Shown here in pieces: positions 57,354 through 64,000 of a DNA stretch of 64,000 nucleotides. Position numbers and translations under genes: made by a program. The notes under the pieces were generated by a model. The model saw only the letters and a program-made list of their open reading frames with translations, made no database searches and was not told the DNA's origin. Source of the stretch: Emiliania huxleyi CCMP1516 (lineage: Eukaryota); the NCBI RefSeq assembly GCF_000372725.1, contig NW_005201287.1, positions 713,081 to 777,080 on the forward strand, read 5' to 3'. Positions within the stretch are counted from its first letter, which is position 1; every line of letters starts with the position of its first letter.

Positions 57354-59008
57354 ATGCTCAGCCTCCTCATTCTCGACGCAGCTTCCTTCCTCGGCACCGC
57401 TGCTCCTCGATTCACGCACCCGCCCTCGCACCGCGCCGCCAATGTGCGCCTCGCAGCCTCCGCGCCGAGCGAGGAGCTTCGCAGCTGGCTGATGGCCGAG
57501 GCCGGCGTTGCGCCTCAGTTTGTGGACCGCGTTATTGAGACGTGCGATCGCGAGATGATCGGCAACCTCAACGGCCTCAGGATTGCGCGCGATGCCGGTC
57601 TCCTTCCCGGCTTCTTCCCAGCGGTCGTTGCGCTCGGGATCGAGGAAGGGCTCGGCCGCATCACGGCGCCCAGTGTGGCCGTGGCCGCCGCCCAGGTCTC
57701 TGCGGTGGTGCAGGAGCTCGCCGATGAGGCTGACGCGGCGGCGCTGGCGCCGGGCGCGTCGCTCGAGTGCGATCCCTACCACGCCATCGCCGCCAATCTG
57801 CCGCTCAACACCTACAAGAACAAGGCGCCGCTCGCGGGCGCGATCATCTCGGCGAAGCGCATCGTCGGTCCCGCCGCGCCCGGCGAGGTGTGCCACATCC
57901 GGATCGGCACCGGCGACAACTTTCGGTACTGGGAGGGGCAGAGCCTCGGCGTGATTCCGCCCGGCGTCAACGCAAAGACTGGCGCGCCAGACGCACGATT
58001 GCGGCTCTCCTCTCCTCTCCTCTGCCCTTATCCGATCTGCACCACTTATTAGGCAAGCCGAACGCGGTGCGGCTGTACTCGATCGCGAGCACGCGCTACG
58101 GCGACGACGCCAAGGGAAGCTCCGTCTCGCTGTGCGTGCGGCGCGCGCTGTACTGGGACGCGGACACGGGGGCGCACGACCCCGCCAAGAAGGGCGTCTG
58201 CTCCAACTTCCTGCGCGCGCGCGCTGGTCGGGCTCGACGCGGACGCGTCCACGACACGTCCCTAACGGCAGCGGCGTCCTCCGCAGGTGCGACTCCTCGC
58301 CTGGCGACGAGGTGCACCTCACCGGCCCTACGGGCAAGGTGATGCTGATGCCCGAGCACGAGCCGGCCACCGACCTCATCATGCTCGCCACCGGCACCGG
58401 CATCGCGCCCTACCGCGGCTTCCTCCGCCGCCTCTTCCTGGAGCCGACGCCCGCCGCCGACGCATTTCGCGGTCCCCGAGCACACCCCGCTCCGGCGGCG
58501 GAGTGGCGGGAGGCTTGTCCTCGAGGCGTCCCCCCACCCCTTCCCCGCCGTAGGCCTGGCGTGGCTCTTCCTGGGCGTGGCCAACCGCGATGCTCTCCTC
58601 TACGACGACGAGTGGCAGGCGATCCTGCAGCGCGAGACGGCGAGGGGCAGGAGCGCGGCGCAGGGCCGCGAGTCCTTCCGCCTCACGTACGCCCTCTCCA
58701 GGGAGGAGAGCGCGCCCGGAGGCGGCGGCGGAGACGGGCCGGGCGGGGCGAGAGACGGCGCGCGTCGGCGATCTGCGACGCGCCCTGTAGGCGGCAAGAT
58801 GTACATCCAGGACAAGGTCGCGCAGCACGCCGACGAGGTGTTTGAGCGGATGGACAACGGCGCGCACATGTACTTTTGCGGCCTCAAGGGCATGATGCCC
58901 GGCATCACCGAGATGCTCGAGGGCGTGTGCAAGGAGAAGGGGCTCGTGTGGGAGGACAAGCTCAGCGAGTGGAAAAAGGCGGGCCAGTGGCACGTCGAGG
59001 TCTACTAG
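57354..59008 (+). CDS. petH: Ferredoxin-NADP+ reductase (plastid type), multi-exon
   Basis: [67 protein letters not shown] and terminal WHVEVY. Confidence 0.95.
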
Positions 59009-59496
59009 CGAGACGCACGAGACAGGTCTGTGCGCGCCGCACATTATTTTACGTAGTCACGTGTGAGGGCCGTCGCCGTGGCTGTGCCGTTCTCCATCCT
59101 CCACTGTGACATTGCGTTGCCGTTCGGTCGCTTAATTATTTGTAAGACGGAGGTAAGTTAGAGGTCCTACGTTTTGTTCTCATTTCATTTCTCGGAAACC
59201 AAAGGGAGGCTTTTGGCACTGACTGGCAGGCACAGCCGGGCCAGGACTTGCATATGCCATGGGTGAAGAGGTGCACCGGCATGTGGGCATGCGTGCGAGA
59301 GACCGACGATCTCGGGGTCGGGTCGTCCCTTTGCCAGAAGAAACTCATTCGAAAGGAGAACAGGAATTCAGGAGATCAGCATCAGGACCCGAAGCAGAAG
59401 ATGAAGGACGCATGCAAAAAGGACGGGCGGAAAGTTCAAGTCCCTCATCCGGATCGCCACCCAGCCTGCACCGACCTGCACACGACCGCCCGGACA

Positions 59497-60747
59497 ATGC
59501 CTCCGTGCTCCGCAATCGGGGCACACGCCTTCAGAGATCCGCACCTCGTCCTTGCTCGAGGCGGCCGCGCCGACTTTCGGGGCCGCGACGGCCACCTCTT
59601 CGCCTTCTTCTCTGCGCCTGGGCTGGCTGTCAATGTCAAGACGGAGGAGGCAACATTCGGTCTCGGCAACCTGACCGTGAACGGTTCCTTTATCACTGAG
59701 GCCCATGTGGTTGCGCGCGTCGGTGGCGCCAAGCGGAAGTGGGCAAATGCATCCTTCTGGGCGTCGGAGCTAAACGCGTTCAACACGGGTTGGCAGTTTG
59801 TAAATGGCTCCTGCGGCGGACGTCTCTTTTGGATGGGGCTTGGCCTCCAACGGCGATGCGAGGAGCTGTCCATAGGGATCAAGTACTCGTCTGCCACCTT
59901 CTCCGTCCGCGGCTGGTCAATCACGGTCCGCGGCAATTCCGTTCACAGTTCGACAGCAGGGGCGCGGCACCGACTCGACCTGAGCCTCAGCGCCGATTCA
60001 CGTGGCGTGGCAGCGCGTTCGCTACCCCACGGCATCCTCGGCCAGTCCTTCTCGTCGCCTGTTCGCCGGGAGGGTAAGGTTGACATCTACCCCACCGCGC
60101 CGGGCCGGTTCACAACCTCGGCGCAGGCAGAGGGTGCGATTGAAGGAAGTGCCGCCATGTACGAGGTGCGGTCACCCTACGCAACGGACTTTGCATTCTC
60201 TCGTTTCGAGGCGTCCGAAAGAGAAGCTGAACTCACTACGGCGCCGACATCCGCCACCTTCTCGGAGTCACGCAGACTATCGGAGGTGCCGTGCCCGCCG
60301 CCGTCCCCGCCCTCTGGCGTCGACACGACGAGTGCAGAGGCGGTGCTGCGCGCGCAGATGGACGACATGCAGGCGGGGAGCACCCTGGTCGCATATCAGT
60401 TGGCCTCGCCAGGAAATCGCGCCTCGACTGCTTGGCCCTCTGGCTACAACCTCGACCGTTTCGACCAGATGGTCCGAGGAGCGACATACAATCCGCTCAT
60501 CTCTGGCTTTGGGTACGAGGTGCTGCCGCCTGGGGTGCAGGTCTCGGGCAGCCAGGCGGCGGCAAATGTGCAGGTCTTCCGCGACGCCTCGCGGAGCCAG
60601 TCCTTAACCTACGAGTTCCGGATGAGCAAGCAGCCACATTCTGTCGTCGACACCCACTCCTCGCTTGCGCCCTACGAGCTACTGCCTGGCCGCAGTGGCC
60701 GGGAGGTGTGGCGCACGAATAGCGTGCTTGTCGTGTCCGGCCCTTGA
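59497..60747 (+). CDS. Hypothetical protein with VWD-like (DPH..G) domain and a DUF4864-like C-terminal domain
   Basis: DPHLVLARGGRADFRG, HGILGQSF, then VLRAQMD..AYQLASP.NR..FDQMVR..YNPLI. Start uncertain and domain names tentative. Confidence 0.5.
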   Translation: MPPCSAIGAHAFRDPHLVLARGGRADFRGRDGHLFAFFSAPGLAVNVKTEEATFGLGNLTVNGSFITEAHVVARVGGAKRKWANASFWASELNAFNTGWQFVNGSCGGRLFWMGLGLQRRCEELSIGIKYSSATFSVRGWSITVRGNSVHSSTAGARHRLDLSLSADSRGVAARSLPHGILGQSFSSPVRREGKVDIYPTAPGRFTTSAQAEGAIEGSAAMYEVRSPYATDFAFSRFEASEREAELTTAPTSATFSESRRLSEVPCPPPSPPSGVDTTSAEAVLRAQMDDMQAGSTLVAYQLASPGNRASTAWPSGYNLDRFDQMVRGATYNPLISGFGYEVLPPGVQVSGSQAAANVQVFRDASRSQSLTYEFRMSKQPHSVVDTHSSLAPYELLPGRSGREVWRTNSVLVVSGP

Positions 60748-61287
60748 AAGAAGAAGCTCGTGCGGGCAAGGTGTGCTGGTGGCGTGGTTCGGTGGGTGGG
60801 AGGAACCTGAAAGCCGAAGAAAGGAAGATTGTGTGTTTGTGTGGGGGGGTTCTGTGTGTGTGGGGGGGGGGAGCCGCACAGGCACAGTGTGTTGTTGGTG
60901 TGTGAGTGGGAGGGCGTGAGAAGTGTGTTGTGTGTGTGGGCTCGGGGGGGGGGGGGCACAAGAGTGTGTGTTGTTGTGGTAGACGCTGACGACTTTCACA
61001 AAATGGTAAAACCGCCGCCCGCCGCGTGATGTCATCACACAGAGATCTTACCAACGCGGTCACTGCCACAGCCAAACCAGGTGGACTGAGCCCGAGACGC
61101 CGGCCGTTGCCGTGCAACGCCACCATGAGCGAGCTGCGGCGCCCGAGCTGCGATGTGCTCTTCGCACCGGGAGCCCAATATTTCCAGGAGGTGTACGATG
61201 AGCAGGCAGCATAGGCATCGCCCTCGCCAACTTTGCAGCCTACAACGGCCTGCCACCAGAGCGCGCGAGCCTTGCACTCCTGTGGAG

Positions 61288-62207
61288 ACTGGTTGGGTAG
61301 TAGTCTAAGTTCTGAGCCTCGAGGCTGAGCGGGTCTAAGTGTGACTAGTCACGCTGGGGTGCTTACGCGGTCTAAGATCAGCGAGAGCCTCTTACATCGG
61401 CTAAGTCGGCCGTGGCACAGCCTGGGGCCAAGAGGCTCCCACTGTGATCAACGATACGGCGCTAGCCCCCAAATTTTCTTCGCCTGCGGCGGGCGCCTTC
61501 TAATCCGGATCGATCCTCCTCATGCCTCAGCAATCGCCGCCTCAGCATCCTCCTCTTCCGATTCTCGTTGCTCTTCTTGAGCGCAATCTCTAGCCAAACA
61601 TTTCTCACATAAATAGCCTCAAGCTCAAACAAACGCATGTCAGAGAAGCCTGTGTATGCTGGTCCTCTTTGAACGATCCGCGCGTGAGGTAGATCTAGCA
61701 TAGGGCCTTGTTGGCAGCAGCCAGCTTGTTGCGCTGCTTCGCGTTGCGATGAGCTGATTGGGATCGCACAAGTGCATGCCAAGCACCGCCACGATCTTGA
61801 AGCAGAACACATCGCAACCGCATCGTCCGCACTGCCATCGGCATGCCGCGCCCGCCGCTTCGCCGCAGCCGCCTTAAGGCACGCATAGCGGCAGCACATG
61901 GTACGGTGCGCGTACTTGAGCAGGAGTTGCGCGCCGCAAGTAGCGCACTGGCCCTGGGACAAGGCGATATGGCGTCGTGCGCGGCATACGTTGGTCGGGA
62001 CGCGTCCAGGTATTTTTCGGGTAAACCTGGACTTTTGCAGGTATACCCGGGTTTTACCCGGATTTGGCCTTGTGCCGTCTAAGTTCATGGCCCCCGACCA
62101 TACAGCGTCTAAGTCCGAGCCCGGCTCCGTGCGGGGGCTAAGTTGAGCGCTTGCTCGCTGCAGAGGCTAAGTGTAGAGCGACCCTCTAGCCCTACTACCC
62201 AACCATT
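61288..62207. mobile_element. Non-autonomous TIR transposon, 920 bp, 8-bp TSD
   Basis: TIRs ACTGGTTGGGTAGTAG / CTACTACCCAACCATT (1 mismatch). TSD CTGTGGAG at 61280-61287 and 62208-62215. Subterminal (G/T)CTAAG repeats at both ends. Confidence 0.88.
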
Positions 62208-62760
62208 CTGTGGAGGGCACCTCCGCTGGCCATCGCCGGCTGGGCTGCGGCTCCGGCGCTGCCACGCGCTGCAGACGAAGTTGCTGACAACGACGAGCAA
62301 GGTGAAGCTGCCGCCTCGACCTCGTCCGCCGCCTCGGCCTCTACCTTCTCGCCCTCACCCGCCTCGATTGAGGTGGTTGCGACGGTGACACGGATTGTAG
62401 CGAAGAAGCTCCGTCCGGCGCCGCCCGAGATCCTGCCCGAGGTTGTCCCGGTGGCGGCGCCGAACTTTGCCTCTCACCTCTTCTCTTGCTTCTTGAGCAT
62501 CTGCGGGGCTGCTGCGCACCATCTCTGAGCACTGAGGAGCCGCTGTTGCGCGCGAAAAAGGCGCGCGATTGTCGCTCTATCGGCACGGAGAAGGGAGCGG
62601 TGGGCAGTGGCTTCTTCATCCCAAGCTCGAACGGGCTGCGGCTTATCACGTGTGAGCTGATGCACTCTCTATAGATAGACTGTCGGCCGAACTCACTAAA
62701 GTACGTAGTGGCACCATCGAGCCGAACACTGCGACCAAAATATAGGGGCCCCGGAGCGCG

Positions 62761-64000
62761 TCATTTGACTAGGAACCCGCAACCACGCTCGCGCAGCAAG
62801 CGGTCGCGCCAGCGATCGTCGCCACAGAGGTACGAGACCCGCGCGGCGACGTCGGCCCGCATCGCCTGGACGGCCGCCGCGAACGCTCGCAGGCGCGGCA
62901 GCACGTGCGCCTCGAAGTTGGCCGCGTGCCACATCGGCGGCCCGTGCAGCTCGACGGGGGAAACGTCCATCTCCTCGCCGAGCGTCTGGACGAGGTGCGC
63001 CGCCTCGGCACGCAGCATGAGCGAGTAGGCGACGGCCTGCAGCTGGTCGTGCAGCGCGGGCGGTCGCGCGATGCGGCGCACGCGGCTCTTCACCTCAACC
63101 ACCACGGTCCGCAGCGCCCAGCTCTCCTCGCCCTCGCCCTCGCCCTCGCCGCGCGTGAGCACAACCTCGTCCGCCACGCCGTCGACCGCGCCGACCAGCC
63201 GCACGAGGGGCGGCGGCAGGGGCGGAGAGGCCGAGTCGCCGCCCTCCAGCCCGCCCCTCCCCGGCCCGCAGCGCCGCCCCTCCGCCGCGGCGATCCGCAG
63301 CCGGCGGCGCGTGATTGCGAGGTCCGCCCTCAGCGCGGAGATGTCCCACGCGGCACCGCCGTGGCAATAGTCGGCGGCGCGGCTGAGGCGAGCCGGCGGC
63401 CGTCCCTCGCCCGCCGCCTCGGGAGCGGCGGCCGCCTCCGCGCAGCGCAGGCTCGCGAGGAGTGCTCGGCCGCGCGCGACCCGGAGGTCGGAGAAGAGGG
63501 CCTGCAGGAGGGGTCGGAGCAGGGTCGGAGAAGGGGCCAGGGAAGGGCCAGGGAAGCGGCGCAGGTCGGAGCGGCCAGCCTGCACGTCCCAGCCGCCAGC
63601 GGGCAGGCGGTAGTCCGCCGGCCGGGAGGACGGGTCGAGCGAGAAGAGAGCGCGCGCCCACGCCTCCACCTGGGGCGGACGGTGCGGGGTCGGAGTCGGC
63701 GTTGTGCGGTGTGCCAGGGTCGGGCCAAGCTCTCCAGTTGGCCGAAGGGCTGCAGGTGTCTGCAGAGAGCGGTGATCGGAAGGGGGTTGGGGAGGGAGGA
63801 GCGGTGTTGAGGAGCCGCCTCTCCCCTCTCGACGGCGAGCGCCGCGCGGCAGCGGTCGAGCGCGCGGAGCCAGCGACGCGCCCGGCCGCCGTCGTCAGAG
63901 CCGGCGGCGCGGGGCCGGCTGGAGGCAGCTGCTCTAACCCTTCCGCCGGGCCTCCTACCGACGCGTCGAGGGACGTGTCGTGGACGTGCCTCCCCCCTCC
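62761..64000 (-). CDS. PD-(D/E)XK nuclease-domain protein (YqaJ/lambda-exonuclease/RecB-like); 5' end probably outside the window
   Basis: LVGAVDGV...VVEVKSR...HDQLQAVAY gives the D..ExK..QxxxY motifs. Introns are likely upstream. Confidence 0.7.

Noticed and set aside
62761..63669. Cas4 / CRISPR-associated nuclease
   Set aside because: No C-terminal Fe-S cysteine cluster, array or other cas genes, and the context is an intron-containing eukaryotic gene.

Overview
This is GC-rich eukaryotic nuclear DNA. GC-AG and probable GA-AG introns, 10-11 bp intronic minisatellites and plastid-targeted fibrillin and FNR suggest a haptophyte such as Emiliania/Gephyrocapsa huxleyi (inference). About 25 genes or fragments are recognisable by motif. 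Enzymes: HPAT-like arabinosyltransferase, COX15, a GT1 glycosyltransferase, Fe-ADH, a JmjC oxygenase, FNR and a PD-(D/E)XK nuclease. Others: PAP-fibrillin, an ankyrin-SAP protein, a UQCC5/SMIM4-like microprotein, an RCC1/crinkly-repeat membrane protein, a kelch protein, an ankyrin-DSP-Cache phosphatase, a WW protein, an SMCHD1/GMI1-like protein and a mitochondrial carrier. The most notable feature is a ~4.9 kb DNA transposon (about 45070-49990). It starts with CACTAC, has bipartite imperfect TIRs, and encodes a chromodomain protein whose stop overlaps (GTGA) the frame of a large uninterrupted DDE transposase of the CACTA/Mirage/Chapaev-Transib(RAG1) supergroup. Other mobile DNA: three non-autonomous TIR elements with perfect 8-bp target-site duplications, a TIR-bounded cargo ORF and a 5'-truncated non-LTR retrotransposon. 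Several introns look born from exon duplication. All family calls are by-eye motif recognition without database searches, and exon boundaries are approximate.
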